A stretch of DNA of 62,260 bases, filler included, from Choristocarpus tenellus KU-1152 (taxonomy: Eukaryota > Protista > Phaeophyceae): assembly GCA_964200185.2 (NCBI GenBank). It is 8 parts of 8 records of this genome, joined end to end, with 100 filler letters (N's around TTAATTAATTAA, not from the genome) between each part and the next. Parts side by side here need not be neighbours in the genome. Positions count along the whole stretch, not along the records: positions 17,947 to 26,594 come from CAXNAD020004485.1; positions 26,695 to 32,092 come from CAXNAD020010918.1; positions 32,193 to 35,850 come from CAXNAD020018678.1; positions 35,951 to 41,282 come from CAXNAD020011125.1; 4 more parts are not named here. One strand, given 5' to 3'. Below, piece after piece: positions 26,337-40,579 of this stretch (its first letter is position 1; each line of letters begins with the position of its first letter). The notes beneath the pieces were generated by a model. It was not told the origin of the DNA and searched no databases. It worked only from the letters and a program-made list of their open reading frames with translations. The position numbers and the translations under genes are program-made.

Positions 26337-26694
26337 CATCAAAGATTCGATAGGAGCAGGAGGGAGGTGTGTAAAAAACATTGTTGCACATCAAAACCGT
26401 TTAAATGTTTTTGTCCTCGAAGTGTGCAAACTCAAGAACGCCAGTCTACACCCGTGCCAAAGAGGCCCTAACCCTAAGAGACTGCTGTTCTCATTCTGAC
26501 AGTAGCTTGCTTGGGTCATTAAACACTCCCATATTTGTACACCCACCTATTTGGTGCGTGACCTATGTGTACCATCTTACTCCTCCCCCACCCCNNNNNN
26601 NNNNNNNNNNNNNNNNNNNNNNNNNNNNNNNNNNNNNNTTAATTAATTAANNNNNNNNNNNNNNNNNNNNNNNNNNNNNNNNNNNNNNNNNNNN

Positions 26695-26817
26695 GTTTCC
26701 CCCCTGACACATCTGCAAAATGTCAGAGGGCATAATAATAAACTGAATTATTTATTGTCCGTTGGGTATTTTTATTGTTATGCCCTCTGAAATTTTTGAG
26801 ATGTGTCAGGGGGAAAC
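26695..26817. repeat. Imperfect inverted repeat (foldback), arms about 48 bp
   Basis: gtttcccccctgacacatct...agagggcataataataaa pairs with tttattgttatgccctctga...agatgtgtcagggggaaac. Confidence 0.88.
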
Positions 26818-28424
26818 TGGGTGCTCAATATCACAATATTATTAGATGTTAGAAAGCGTAATAACAAGATTATATGACTAGTATTGTCCCGTCATACCAC
26901 TCGTATTGGACCTTTATCCCGCTTAGTGGTACCAGTACGTTTCCCCTCTGGGAATGTCTTGTCAAAACGTTTGATGTAGCTACATCATATTTAAAAAATA
27001 AAAGCATATTCGTGATGCCCGTCACAGAGCCCTCCAGAGTACGGACTTCGTTTTTTTCTCTTATTTTTTATTTTTTGAAGAAAGACAGCTTATATTAGGG
27101 TTGGAACCATGGATTGTAGGTCACCAAGAGTGGCAACAGATGGGCTATTACTTAATTAAAGAAAAAACCCTCCCCACCCTTTCTTCCGTGTTGATTTCTC
27201 GAATGAATGCAGGCTTGGAGAAAGGCTTAATCAACTTTATACTTCCAACCCTAAGTCCAGGAACAAGAGAAATGTAGGCATCTTGCAAGAAATGCACCAG
27301 ACCATGGGTGTGCAAATAGTCTAAATATCACATCCTCTTCTTCCCTGGCGTCCACGTCGATGGCTACCTTCACCTGCTTCGCGACCTCTTCAAAGTAAAG
27401 GATTTGGTGGTAGCGAAACATCACCACGGCTGCCTTTGTTACGATCGCTTTCTCCTCCTGGGTCTTACAAGCCCTTTCGAGATTCTTTCGACCTTCAGAG
27501 CCCTGGTACCCCAACTCTATCACCTTCTTTCTCGTTTCCTTAAGCCACTCCAGGTCACACAGCTTCCAAACAGCCAGGGCCTGCTGCAACTGTCGACTAT
27601 TAATATATTCTACAACCGAGCTTTCGCTTAGGTGTTTCCTGAGCACAATGGCACGCAGTCGTACTGCTCTCTTCTACAATCTTCCCTTCGGGCGGCCACC
27701 CCGGTTCTCCCTTCGCCTGCCGTAACCAGGCTTCCCAACAGACTTCGTCACTGTACCACCTGGTGATGGACTTGCTGCCCTCTTCCTGCTTTCCCGAGGC
27801 GGCAGAGACTACAGAGCAGTGATCCGACGTGGTTGAAGACCCAACCACGTGTGTTTGGTAATGCTTTCAATGCATCTTCTCTCAGCGTCAGAGTCGCGGC
27901 CCCATGATCCATTTCGCGATTTGAATATGCTGCTGCGCCACACTACTCGCACTTTCTCGTCACCTAACATCGCACTGAGTGTCGCACGATACTTGCATTT
28001 CCGTCGCCTCTCGACATAGAAGGTGCTGAGGGTAGATCCAGGGGGTGGAGTGGCCTCGGCGGATCTCCTTGTCTGACCGTCGTGGTTCATGTTGCTGTGT
28101 AAGTCACGCGTGTGTGTGCTCACAGAAAGTCTGCAAAAGGCGTTAAAATAATGTCCGGAAATCTTGCCCTTTTTTGTCGGTATCGCCACACCGACCAAAC
28201 TTGAGCAGCAACCTAACACAGACCAGGTTTTTGCAAGAGTTTGGTCAATCACTTGATTTTGTCCGTTTTGAAGTCTTCACCTTCAAAATTGCGCCGGATA
28301 TGTTCCCCCGCGTTTTTGGCATTATTTGATCGGGAAATAGCTCCCGTTCCCTGAAGCCTTGACATTCGTGGATACAACCCTTCAAACGCTCTTGTCATAT
28401 TCTTTGATTTGATGTAAATGATGT

Positions 28425-30140
28425 TGTATGACTGTTGTGGCGTTTCGATGAAAAAAAGCAAGATTGCCACGGAGGCCGAAGGTACGGATACCACCTTACG
28501 CACGTTACTACTTTGTATTGTACCGAACCAAAGATAAACGTACATGAAACCTATGTTATATACTTGTATCAGCACAGACAACGTAAGGATAACACTAGGT
28601 TATTCGTCATCCTCCCCTTGCTGAGAACAAGTATTACCTCTCAATCAATCACAACAAACAAACAAACAAATACAGCACACATGTTACCTTACATATTATT
28701 CATTAAAAACTTTCAGATAGACGTCTAAAAACTCGAACTGGAAAATTCTTGGTCAATACATCTGCCCTCTGATTTGCAGTACCAACAAAAACAACACGAA
28801 TCTCTCCTCTTCTAGTTAAGTCCCTCAGAAAATAGTCTCGGATATCAATGTGCTTCGTTCTAGTAGAGCTTGTGGCATTTCGTACTAGTTTGCATCCACC
28901 ATCGTTATCCTCCAACATGTCAATGCAACGCCTAGAAACTGTGATTGAATAAACTCAAAAACAGTTCTTCTAAAGAAACGGTATTCTTATGCTACACTGC
29001 TAAGAGCTATATTCTCACTCTCCGTGGAAGACAGAGCCTCAACTCCTTGCACCTTTGACATCCAAGATATTGCTCCTCCTGCAAACATTATTGCTCCCCC
29101 AGTCACTGATCTACGATCATTCCCTCTCCAGTATAACTAGCAACGGCATACGCAATCAACTCACACTCGATATCAAAACCACCAAAACTCAATCCAACAA
29201 TGGGACACGTATTCAAATACACTAAAATAGACTTCACTGCACACCAATGTGTGACTTTAGGATTACTGCGGTACTTGTCGACTTCACGAACTGACGAATT
29301 ATTAGTGATCAGGGATGAGTAAAAGGTTTATCACCACCCCTCCTTGAATGGTGTATCTCACTCCAACTTTCTACCTCATACAACATAACTGAGAAGGAAT
29401 TAATATACATATTTCAATATCAAGACATGGGATTCTACACATTCTTCAACATGGTGACAGTCTGTGCAGTTCTGTCACGTGAAATCTCACAACCCATATA
29501 ATACTCAAGATCACCAAAATCTTAGATGGAAAATTGCTCCTTAATCTTAGAGCGAACCCAAATCAAAACATCATTTATATCTGCTACCAAAAGATCGTCA
29601 ACTTGAAGGGCTATCACAGCACAAACAATGCCATCTCTTACATAGCGTAACAAGCAGGAATCTGCTCTGCATTGCTCAAAACCACACTGCTCCAAAACGT
29701 GCACCAACAGATTATTAAATTCCCTGCTAGCCTGTTTGGTGCCATAAAGGGCTTTCACTAAACGTACAATCTTTCCTGACCATATACCACATCCATCACA
29801 TAAACGCACATAAATCTCTTCACTGATGTCTGCCTGGATAAAAGCTTGCTTCACATCCCAATGCTTCAATTCCCAATCCTTTTCTGCAGCTTATGCTAAA
29901 ACAGTTTTCAAAGATGCAGGGGACGGTGTTGGTGCAAAAGCATCTTGGTAATCTAGACCTTCAATCTGTCGGACACCTTTTCCTACCAAACGTGCCTTGT
30001 ATCTCACTACCTCACTACCTTACCATTTTTTTTTGTCTTATGCTTGTGTTACATTTATTGTCTATTGCCCTGCGTCCAGGGGGTAATACCGTCTCCACCC
30101 AAACATATTGAACAACAAACCACGCATCTCTTCTGCTCTA
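28425..30140 (-). mobile_element. Ty1/Copia RT-RNase H relic with a probable PPT and short 3' LTR
   Basis: HWDVKQAF, LVKALYGTKQA, ALQVDDLL and EDN...RTKHIDIR motifs; on the minus strand the purine tract caaggggagga precedes TGACG at about 28609. Confidence 0.9.
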
Positions 30141-31154
30141 GCTCAATCCCATAAATCGCATTCAGGAGAGCTAACTGCTGCTCTTACAGTCTTGGGTTCT
30201 GGAGGGAGTTCATCCGCTAACTGTTATAGCGTGCCTCTCAGAACTCACCTCCACAGGATGTACAACTCAAATCCAACGACCTTAAAACGACGCTATGGGG
30301 GCGTTGCCCTTGATAACAGTTTCTAGGGTGTCAGGTGTTCTTCTCTTCTTGATATTCCACTCAGTGCTTAGCTCAAAGCTCGACTCAAAGTTTCGTTCAA
30401 GATAAAAAGATAAGACTGGAGGCAAGTGGGATGGCTTTGGCCAAATTCTCTCTTATTATTTTTATCATCCACCTAATTTCTTTGGTCTTCTATGCAACTG
30501 CTCTACGCGTGCTCCAATCATAAGCCTTTCTTCTGTAACTTATTAGGGACTTCGATATTTTCTTCTGTATTGTTACGTATGCATTCCGAATCTTATTCTG
30601 TATCTTCTATGAATTCATAATTTATTCTTCAAGGCTACCTATGTGTTACTATCATCATATGTTGTTCGCGTTAGAACGCGAGAAACAATCCTCACACTAT
30701 ACGTCTGTCACAAATGTTCGTGTTTGCTAAAACATGAGAAGAAATGCTCGCGCTATTCGCGTGTGACAAATGCTCGCGCTATTCACCTGTAAAATAACAC
30801 TCTAGTAGAATCACCACTCGCATACATTACAAGGGTGATCTCGATGGAAACAGAAAAACAAGTAATCAAAAATTGGACATGTCAAAAACAGCAGCTTTGG
30901 CAAAAGTACTCTGATGGTTACCAGACCTTGCACGGTGAGGAGGGATGTTTTGTTGTAATCACCTTTGCCAAATGCTGAGTCGTCGAAGTTCCATGGCACA
31001 TTGGCTGTCCTTAGCCTCATCCACCCCGTCATCATCACCACCATCATCCACAAGTTCACCACTATCACCCATGTGTCATGAGATTCGTCACCACCACCTA
31101 ATCCTCTTTCAATCTAGGTGATTCCATCATCATCATCACATTCACCCCCCATCT

Positions 31155-31337
31155 GGCTCAAAGTATCTGTGGGGGGGGGGGTGATGACTGTCCATTTGGG
31201 GACAAGTTAATAATGTCGCAGTTTTTGGGTGATTTGGTTGCATACATTAGATGGATAATGTAAGTGCACTTTCCTGGTTATTGGCCAAATGGACATCCTG
31301 GTCAAGACCCCCCTCCCCTCCCCAGATACTTTGGGTC
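31155..31337. mobile_element. Related MITE (family C); partial copies at 32033-32092 and about 35951-36065
   Basis: GGCTCAAAGTATCTG...CAGATACTTTGGGTC termini; flanks atct/atat; inner gtccatttgg/ccaaatggac. Confidence 0.8.
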
Positions 31338-31341
31338 ATAT

Positions 31342-31679
31342 AGTATGAGGAGTATGGTGAAACCACACTTGAGAGGGCTTGGCAGCCCCTTTTTGTGGTG
31401 TACAATCAATACTTACATACGGAGATGGAATGACTTAAGTGTGGAGCACACAGGGGTAAGGAAGAGGTAGTTGTCTGGTGAGCTTGAAACATGCTGAAGG
31501 TAGACATAGAGAGTTTTTCTGTGGCTGATAAAATTGTGATGGTTAGGGAGTAAAAATGAAAAAAGAGCTGACCTTAACCACAAATTCGTCAAGGATTCCA
31601 AATCTTCTTTCAGAAATTAATTCATCAACATCTTCAAAAGTTATGGACAACGTGGCACAGACTTATGGTACAGAGGTAA
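31342..31679 (+). mobile_element. 3' fragment of the 15079 mariner family, including the 3' TIR
   Basis: Matches about 16432-16733 and continues to ttatggtacagaggtaa|TA. Confidence 0.88.
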
Positions 31680-34499
31680 TACAACAGCAAAACTCACCCA
31701 ATGCAAGGTCGCCAAGAACTCAAAGAAGTCGAAGACCTGCCATCGGAGAGCATATCCATCAGACCCCTAGGGTAGGGAATAAGGACTGCACTCAAAAATG
31801 GTTATGGTTTTCAACTGTGGGCGATGTGACCATCGAAAAGGAGGCAACATCAAAGTTGATCTGACGGTCAACCCAGTTGAGGATTTCGAGTATCAGTGGA
31901 GGGGGGGGAATCAAGCCACGACAGGGGTGACGAGTCGGAAGGAGATTCAGAAGATAAGTCAGATGAAGATCCTGCCAAGAGTGTGTGAGATGATAATAAC
32001 TGTGGAGAAAGAAGTTCGAGCAACAGGTCGATGCCTCAAAGTATCTGGGGGGGGGGTGACGGTTGTCCATCTGGGGCCCATTTTTCCATGTCNNNNNNNN
32101 NNNNNNNNNNNNNNNNNNNNNNNNNNNNNNNNNNNNTTAATTAATTAANNNNNNNNNNNNNNNNNNNNNNNNNNNNNNNNNNNNNNNNNNNNCCCTTCGC
32201 CAATGATTTCCAGTCAACCCCCCCACCCTTCAACCCCACACAAGCTACCACTCCACTCAACACCACTCCACAATAACACCCCTTCATTATCCACTTCATA
32301 CTGTGCCTTTGAGCTAGAAGACATCTACCCCGCCCAAACTTGACCTCCCCTCCCTCCCCGCATCCCTATCAGCCGTGAGCAAGCGACAGGGCAAGTGGGT
32401 GGGAAAGCTTGCTCAGAGAATGTCTTGTTCTCACCCTCCTCATCTTGTGCCCTTAGCCCTCAGCAATCTTTTCAAAACTGACCCTTCCAATCTCCCCTCT
32501 CCTTTCATCTACCACTCATTTCTTCAACTTCTCTCCTCTCTGTCTTGGCCAGTCAATCCTTAACTAATGGTTCCCTTCCTGCTTACTTGTTACTCTTCTG
32601 TCTGCCCCTTCCCTTGCCCTGTGTCCCCAACCAACCAGAATTCTTCCGCCCACAAAACTCAGATTACTTCATAAACTTTTCCTCTATCTTGTGTCCTCCC
32701 AAATCTGGTTTGTTCTGAATAGCACACTGACTCGTATATATATGAGGTCCTATAAAATGAATGGCTTGAACAATATTGATATTGTTATTATTGTTTGTCT
32801 ATAGTGTGCTACTTAGCATTTCATCATTCATCCCATTACTACTGTCAGTCATCTCAAGGATGAGAAAGAGAAATTAAAAAAAGGCAATAAACAATTGCTC
32901 CAAAAAAGGACATGGTCTGAGGAGTCCCATACCTGTTGTCTAAGGTCAGTGGAAGAAGAAGAGAAGAGAAAATAACCAAGTGAATGCATTATTGCAAACA
33001 AAACCATGAGTCATATTGGGTGTGCTGAGAGCGAAAAAGCGTCACTCATCATAGGACACACGAAGGGAAGGAAAGGGGTAAAAGGGATTCAAGAAGAATC
33101 AAACCAAAAATAGATGATAATGAGAAAGGAGCAGCGTAGAACAAGAGATACAGTTGTTATGGTGCCAGACAGAACAACAGCACCAGTTGATTTTCCCTTG
33201 TGACGAGATCAGCATCAAGAGGACATTGTTGTGTGGACCTACACAAGCCCCACTTTCCCCTTACCTCCAAGATCTATGTGACCTCTTCCTTGGTATGGCT
33301 CTCCTTTCCTTGTCGTCTCTCTCCTTTTCATATTCACCCGTGGATCTTCCAGTTCCCTTTCATTCAGTCTGAAGTCGGAAGAGTCTGTCTAATGAGTCAT
33401 ATTTCACAGGAACAGCAACAAAGATAAAGAAAATATATAGTTACGTGGCTAGATATGGGCAGATATTACTCCGCACTAAGTATTCATTAGTAGTACAAAA
33501 CAAACTGTTGCAGGAGAGCGATAACGATATACTTGTAATTTGTGTTTGAGGTAAATATTGTTTTGTGCCATCGTTTTGGTGTAGTTTAGCACGTATCCTA
33601 GGCTGATTGTTGTATATGCTCAATTCATAAGTAAGCCAATCCAGGTATGGACTTTGGTGACATGTCGATGGACAAATTTATACTTTCAGTCGCCTGTTTT
33701 AATTGAATTGACAACACTCGTAGATAAGGGATTTCATATGTCAAAAGGCCATCTGCATACCGTCAGATATTTCGGACCACGTTGATGACTAGCTTAGATC
33801 TCCCTTTCTTGACATCTGATCATGAACTTGTGACATGACCTACTATAACACCGAGCCACTAAGGTGCATTTTATTTGGGTGTGGGACTGAAAGAAATCCT
33901 TTTCGCACCCCCAAAAGCTTGGGGTTGAGAGATCCAATTACTGATAGGTCTCAAATATATTTTGGAGTGATTTGATAGTTGATATTATATTGGCTGCAAA
34001 ATAATATAGTTATGATATGATACTCTAAAAAATATTGACCAAACTGACAAATTTTTCGGAGCTTCTTCAAGTTTTTGACAGATCTCTCTTACAGGAGAAC
34101 TATTGTGCTCAAGATTGTGTGGGTGGGTTGAACGGGTAGCTTTGAGGGGTCTTTGTGTGGGGTAAAACTGACAAAATATAGCAGTGGGATATACAAGTCA
34201 GTCAGCCATACATATGTTGAAATGTGGGCATTATCACAATGGTCGTTTGACTAGGTAGGTGGTATTGATATAGACGATATGCGCGCTTGAGAGGGATGGA
34301 GAATCAGTCACCACATAATCACTTCCGTAGGGCAGTATTTTTACCGTTATGGTTCTGCTTGTCATCATGACAGATAGATGAGAGTCGGGCAAGCATGACA
34401 AACAATGTACTTGACCACGCAAGAGAAGGCGACACGGAAGACAAAAAGGAATCTAATCTTAATTCTGAGACAAGGTACTTCCTGCAAGATCGAAGTGGA

Positions 34500-35320
34500 G
34501 GATCAGGAAGCCCCTTGGCTTAGCGCGCATTGCTTCAGTCCTTGACCCTCGGATGAAGGGTCTCCCCTGTGCGGATGTGATAGAGAGGGATGAGCTATTG
34601 ATTTCATTATTATGCTTCTTTTAATAAATACGTTAGTGCTTTCCTTCCGTCAGTGAAACAGAGGCTGCTTGCTTTCTCACACTACAAAGAATGTGATGAT
34701 ACTGTATGTGTTGTGAACCCATCCATTCCGTCCAGTGTAAAGGTACTGGACCTTAATCAAACTGAAGAAGATCGTGACAGAGCACAACCAACTCTCTGAG
34801 ATGCTCACCAGGGATGACCTCTACAACCCTGTGTATCCACTGAAGTAGGGGGATGAGGAAACTCAAGCAGAAGGAAACGTGGGTGAGGAGGGAGAGACCG
34901 ACTCTGATGATAATGGGAGCCATTAAGCAGTTCAGCATCACCAAGCTGCTCAACAAGGCGGCCAAGACATTATGGCAGCAGGGGCGATGAGAGATACCCT
35001 ACTTTAGAGATGGAGTTGAGGGAAGTGCCATTAGAGGGCAAGGTTGGAGATAACCACCAACAAAGATAAACTCCAATACGAGCTAGAGGTATAATGTGAA
35101 GTGGATGCGGACGTGGTGAAAGGAGCATATTGGTACCCTCAAATAGTGGAAGGCGATGGATAGGGTTTTGAAGAGTTGAGTAAGTTTCACGAAATAATAC
35201 TTTACTGCACAGACCCCCCTCAACTACATCTGAACACTACTTCTCCTCTGCTGGCAACACAATCATCGCCAAACGCAACTGTCTCTCTGGGGATGAAATT
35301 AATGGCACTGTGGTGCCCAA
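34500..35320 (+). pseudogene. hAT transposase C-terminal relic
   Basis: IASVLDPRMK near 34530-34560 and dimerisation-domain-like TPSTTSEHYFSSAGNTIIAKRNCLS near 35210-35290. Confidence 0.8.
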
Positions 35321-37769
35321 GTGCCGAAAGCATGGGTACCAGAAAGTTATGATGGAGACAAATGTTGCCCCCTAACACTTATTATATAGTGTTCTTGACA
35401 CCTCTGGCTGGAGGTCTTCTATCTATTACATGGACTTTGGGTAGAGTAGTACATGGCGTGTTGTTTTCTCATCTCTGGTCTATGTTCACCTTGATTGCGT
35501 TTCCCCAGCCACCGCATTAATTGTCGGCCCCAACTGAGTAACAACACTAGGTATGTAGGATATGCAATACTCCAAAAAATACTCATAATGCATGTTTTTT
35601 CGTCACGCTTGACCAAACCTTCTGCTCGCATGACAAGTGATATGAGATTATTACTTGCGTTGCATGAAGGGCATATCATCTCAACACTGAGAGACAAGAG
35701 GTGATGAAAATCTGTCATTTTTGACGTCCAATATCAAACTAATGGTTCAGAGCATCTGGGGGGGGGGGGGGGGGGGGGTTTATGGGGGGGCGTCCGTTTT
35801 TGTTAAATTTTTTTTTTTTTTGACATTTAAAATTCGACCCGGGGGATTAANNNNNNNNNNNNNNNNNNNNNNNNNNNNNNNNNNNNNNNNNNNNTTAATT
35901 AATTAANNNNNNNNNNNNNNNNNNNNNNNNNNNNNNNNNNNNNNNNNNNNAAAGAAGCGCACGGATCGGGGTGGTGGGGGGGGTGGGGTCCTGCCCCCCC
36001 CCCTCCCCAAATACAACATTGGGCTCCCCCCCCCCCCCCCCCCCCCCCCCCAGATACTTTGGGTCAGGCTACCACAAAACAAAGACTACGGAATATTAAC
36101 CCATATATGAAACAGTTCATTCCACGATGCATGGTGTGGCCAAATGTTCAAATATGGACCAAACTGACCGGACATCCTTGTTGTCCTTCGTACAGCTACC
36201 ACATTACACCAGGTATAACTACGATTTTCAAGAAACATACTTTGTTTGCTCATATTTGGTAGATGCCCAATTTTACCAATTGGTCCTATTTTGAGGATTC
36301 TTGGGACCACCTCCATATCCGCACTAGATTATAGTCCGAGAATAGTGAAAAAAATATAGGTAGCATACGAACTTGCCGGCAAAATGTTGGTGAGAGGTGG
36401 TATAGAGAAATGGGTTTGACATTGTAGATTACGAACTCCCAATCTAGAAACTAGGGGATAAAGCGTGGCCTCACAAACGTATACTTCAGCTGATGCACCA
36501 AAATCCAAATTACTATATCTAAGGAGAGCACCTTGTGAAGTGAAGGCATAGATAATACCGTTGTATATTGCGCAAAACACTTGGAAGATCTACCTTAGGT
36601 GACAGTGATAGTGGAAGCGACACCAAAAATTGTTAAACACCACATCATGGCACAGACCTGGTGGCATTTTAAGAGATTATCTGTGAGACGACTCAGGCTC
36701 GTGGGGTAGAAAAGGAGCTCTACTCCGGGAACTACACACAGGTTGGTCCTAGCTGCCAAAAAGTATGCATATAATTCAATACATGTCACATTTTCAATAT
36801 ATATATATATATATTCAAAATATCTAAGAACACGCACACAAAACAGTATATTGTCACACATCAACAAATTTCGTCAGTTTTCCAAGCACCTTGCTTGCCA
36901 ATATGTTGAAATAGGTGACAGTAAGAGATGCTAAATCTTCCTATCACTCTTGAGACCGTCCCTGCAACAATCCCAGTGGATGGCTTGGAGATACCAAAGC
37001 TGTGGTGATACTGAGCTTCATCCACACAGATCCACAGAGGCACGTCGGAGAAAGGCATATCCATGCTATTTTTCTTGCTATGCTTCTCCACCTGTTAACA
37101 CAGATATTCATACCTTGGACTAAAGTGCCCCACCTGCTTCCCTAAGTTGCTTCAATAACCAGGAACTTTCCTCCCAAGGATCTATCTGACATGAAGTGCT
37201 GGCCAGCCACTTTTGTGTTGATGTCGGATAGAACCTATACTGGGGGCGGGGTCATGTGAGGGACAGGTCGCATTTACGATATCGGACACATGGAATAATG
37301 CAGTAGTGTCAGACTGTTTCAGACCTTTGCAAAAGCAACATTCAGAAGGAGACCTACGTACCTGAAGAGAGCTGAGCCAGGGTCCGAAAGTGCCCCAACA
37401 TGTAACACCACATCATGCGGAAGTTCCTGTCCACCGTGGACAGGCTGCTAATCTACAATAGTGGAAGAGATGCTCATTCCCCTCGAGACTTGGCCTTACA
37501 TATTACTACATACTATGTGTATGTGGGTAGGAAATTAACATTGATTTGGACATTTTACCTCACTACTCACATCACTTTAAAAAAAAAACGATTTCATAAT
37601 TGTCAAGAGGGTACCCACCCTAATTGGTCAGTTCAAATAAGACACTTAGGTGATGTTTGTGGTTTGGGGAAGGTAGAGGACCTTGAACAGGTGTGAAACC
37701 AAGACCGCGATTTGAAATTCCTGGTTAGAGCCCTTCCGGGTACACACTAGGCACACACATTAGTCAGAA

Positions 37770-38250
37770 GATGCCAAAGATTATCGATAGAAATAATATT
37801 GCGTTGGTTGGAATAAGGGTGGCGATTCGGAGTTGCTTCAAGGCAGCAAAAAGGGCATCCATCATAGGGACAAAAAGTGAGTCGCTGAGATGTTTGAAAG
37901 CAATACTCAGGTCATCTTGAAGCCTAGAGATATATATATAGGAATCGGTAGGGTGCTAGTGTTTTGGATCCCAACATTGGTCGGACGGAAGGGGAAATCT
38001 GTCCGCAAAAGTAGTAACAACGTTGATGACTTACGTGATGCCCTGAAAATAATATTCATAAATAAACTCAATACAGAGTGTACCCTAGCGGCCCAACTGG
38101 GTATCCGGCGGCCACTCTGCAATCCAATATGAAGAAGCTTGGTTTAAGGGCATGTTCAATCCATCTTAGTGGTTCCTTGCCCATGAGTGTAACTTACAAA
38201 GGCTAAGGTGGGCAACGCACTAGGTCATTGAGGCGCAAGGAGGTTCGAAG
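37770..38250 (+). pseudogene. N-terminal fragment of a third mariner-like transposase
   Basis: GRKGKSVRK...TECTLAAQLGI...MKKLGL...LQRLRWA resembles the HTH/linker region of plant-type mariners. Confidence 0.6.
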
Positions 38251-39185
38251 AGCTTTCCACCAAATTGAAGACTTCGTCCATGAGGACTAAAAGTGGTTTT
38301 TCATCTGCACACGTGTTCGGAACCACTACCACTAAGAATATGATGAGACTCCTGCCCGCAAGGTGCAGTGCGAAGACCACATTACCTTCAACCGAAAAGT
38401 TTGGTATATGGAGATATAAATTACATTGACAGTGTGAGGGATAAGTCCCTTTTGCGATCATTTAATAATGATGTGGATAATTTGCTGGGTCGTACTCATT
38501 TGCGCGTGCCACCTTTGCTTTTGAGGTCAGTTCTGGTGATGTGGTGTGGGTCCGTCGCACGAGTGGCTCACAGTAACCCCGACATAAAGAATTGATTCAA
38601 GCCAGTCTGTTGTGATATATCACAACCAATCACAGTGGAGATTGATCAGCATGTGAGGCTGTCAACATACGCCCAGCATGCCTCAGTCCCACGTCTCACT
38701 TCCTTTCCGAACCTCATATCTGGTGTTTCTCATCACCCCCCATCACACAAAACCAAGACTAATAATAGTGGTAGAATTAGTACCACAGTAGGCGGGTATA
38801 ATTTTCAGGCATGTTTGTGCTAACCCTAAAATACATCCCTTATTGCCTGACATGTATTATGGGCAGAAGACTGTTAGGTAATATATGCATTATAATTGGA
38901 ATGAGCTAATCCCTGAGGGGTGTTTTGTTCTTCTCTCCTGAGACCTGGTGGATCAGAAAAATAATATCTACGTATCGTATGTACCATATATGGTATATCA
39001 ACGGATAATCTAATATCAGGTCCCTACAGTACAAGAACGTTGGGTAGAGCTCCACTGAAATATATGGAAACATAAATCTGGCTCTACCTATCCTCCACTA
39101 CTCCACCGGTGGTGTCTACCTTTCCTAATGTACTCCACCGATAGTGTCTATATATATAGTGTATCAGCAGCATTGTCTACGAACA

Positions 39186-39624
39186 TAGGCAGCGTTGGAG
39201 ACCCAGCAAAGGGGGAAACCTGGAGGAAACGCCCCTTCCAACTTTTGCCCTGACGACAGATATGCTAGCGTGACACTCATACCTCAAGGCACTCACTCTG
39301 CATTTGACGTGGTGTTGAAGAGAAAACCTCCTATCCAAAGTCTCACGCTCCTGTCAAATAGGGTGCTGTCATAACAGGACCCTCCCCTTTTCGGAACCAT
39401 AAACACAAATAAATACAAAAAAATCTCATGAACAAAGAAATAGTATAACTTAATAGGAAGACTCTCACCCGTCACAGCAATGAAGACAAATGAAAATAGA
39501 CACAAAATCACTTTGACATAGAAATAGGATACTGTCATATAAAGACTCTCCCCTCAATGTATAACCAAATCTAGCAGGGTGTTGTGGCCCATTCCTCTGT
39601 ATGTAACATCTCCCTCCCCCCTCT
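39186..39624 (-). mobile_element. PPT plus 3' LTR of an LTR retrotransposon
   Basis: Minus strand shows a G/A-only tract followed directly by TGTTACA at 39607; the body is shared with about 17500-17795, including the repeat subunits. Confidence 0.65.
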
Positions 39625-40019
39625 GCCATCTCCAGTGTGCTCTGGTTCACAGCTCCCAAAGACCGGAAATCTGAGACTCGTCCTGCCCTTCTTTTTCTCC
39701 TTCTTGAGGTACTCAGTCTGAGTATCCAGTCTCCCCCTTTTCTCTTTGCGTCACACTTTCTTGACAGGGTTACCTATAGGTGAAGATAAAGCAATATATA
39801 TCTTGCGTTTCCTTAGCCGCTTACGCTCTTCTGGAAACACTGACAATGCAAATGCGCACTTGAGTAGTGACTGGTCTAATTGCTGGTTAATTCTGCATCT
39901 GAAAACGGTGACTGCAACACTGGAGAACTCGAAGGGACAGTGAGAGCACAACAGATGAAAAGAGTGAGTGCACAAAATAAAGTGGAACCCACTCTGCAGA
40001 AAATGGGGACACACGGAAC

Positions 40020-40347
40020 ACACAACAGTAATGCTGCCAGCACCCCCATGCATTATCTCGAGATCTTCCCCATATTAGAGAGAGACCCTGAAGTCATGGT
40101 CTGGGAGCACAGGCCATTCATGTGACCCGGTACACACAACAAGGCAGCCTGCACTCTTGCATAGCCTCAAGGTCGTAGAGAGAGATCCTGAAGCCATGAT
40201 CCTGAGTCCAGACCATTGATGCTACCCAGTGCACACAACAAGGGTGACCTGCACTCCTATAAATATCCTCAAGGTCGTGGAGGGAGACCCGAAAGCCATG
40301 ATCTCGAGTGCAGGGCCATTGATGCGACCTGGTGGACACAGCAAGGC
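40020..40347. repeat. Degenerate tandem repeat, about 100-bp unit x3
   Basis: gagaccctgaagtcatg-like motif at about 40080, 40180 and 40282; cacacaacaagg-like motif recurs at the same period. Confidence 0.8.
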
Positions 40348-40501
40348 GATAAAATTGTGATGGATGGGGAGTAATATTAATAACAAGAGCTGACCCTAAC
40401 CGGAAATTCGTCAACGATTCCAAATCTTCTTTCGGAAATGAATTCATCAACATGTTCAAAAGTTATGGACGACGTGGAACAGACTTATGGCATGGAGGTA
40501 G
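40348..40501 (+). mobile_element. Another 3' end of the 15079 mariner family
   Basis: Matches about 16620-16733; ends ttatggcatggaggtag|TA. Confidence 0.85.
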
Positions 40502-40579
40502 TATTACAATAGTTGTAACTCCGAATTAATGTTTGCATAGTCAAATTAATCGAGAGGTTGAGGGGTTTGGACCCCTTTG

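Noticed and set aside
36300-37700. Short ORFs as a LINE or host gene fragment
   Set aside because: No recognisable motif in the frames I examined.
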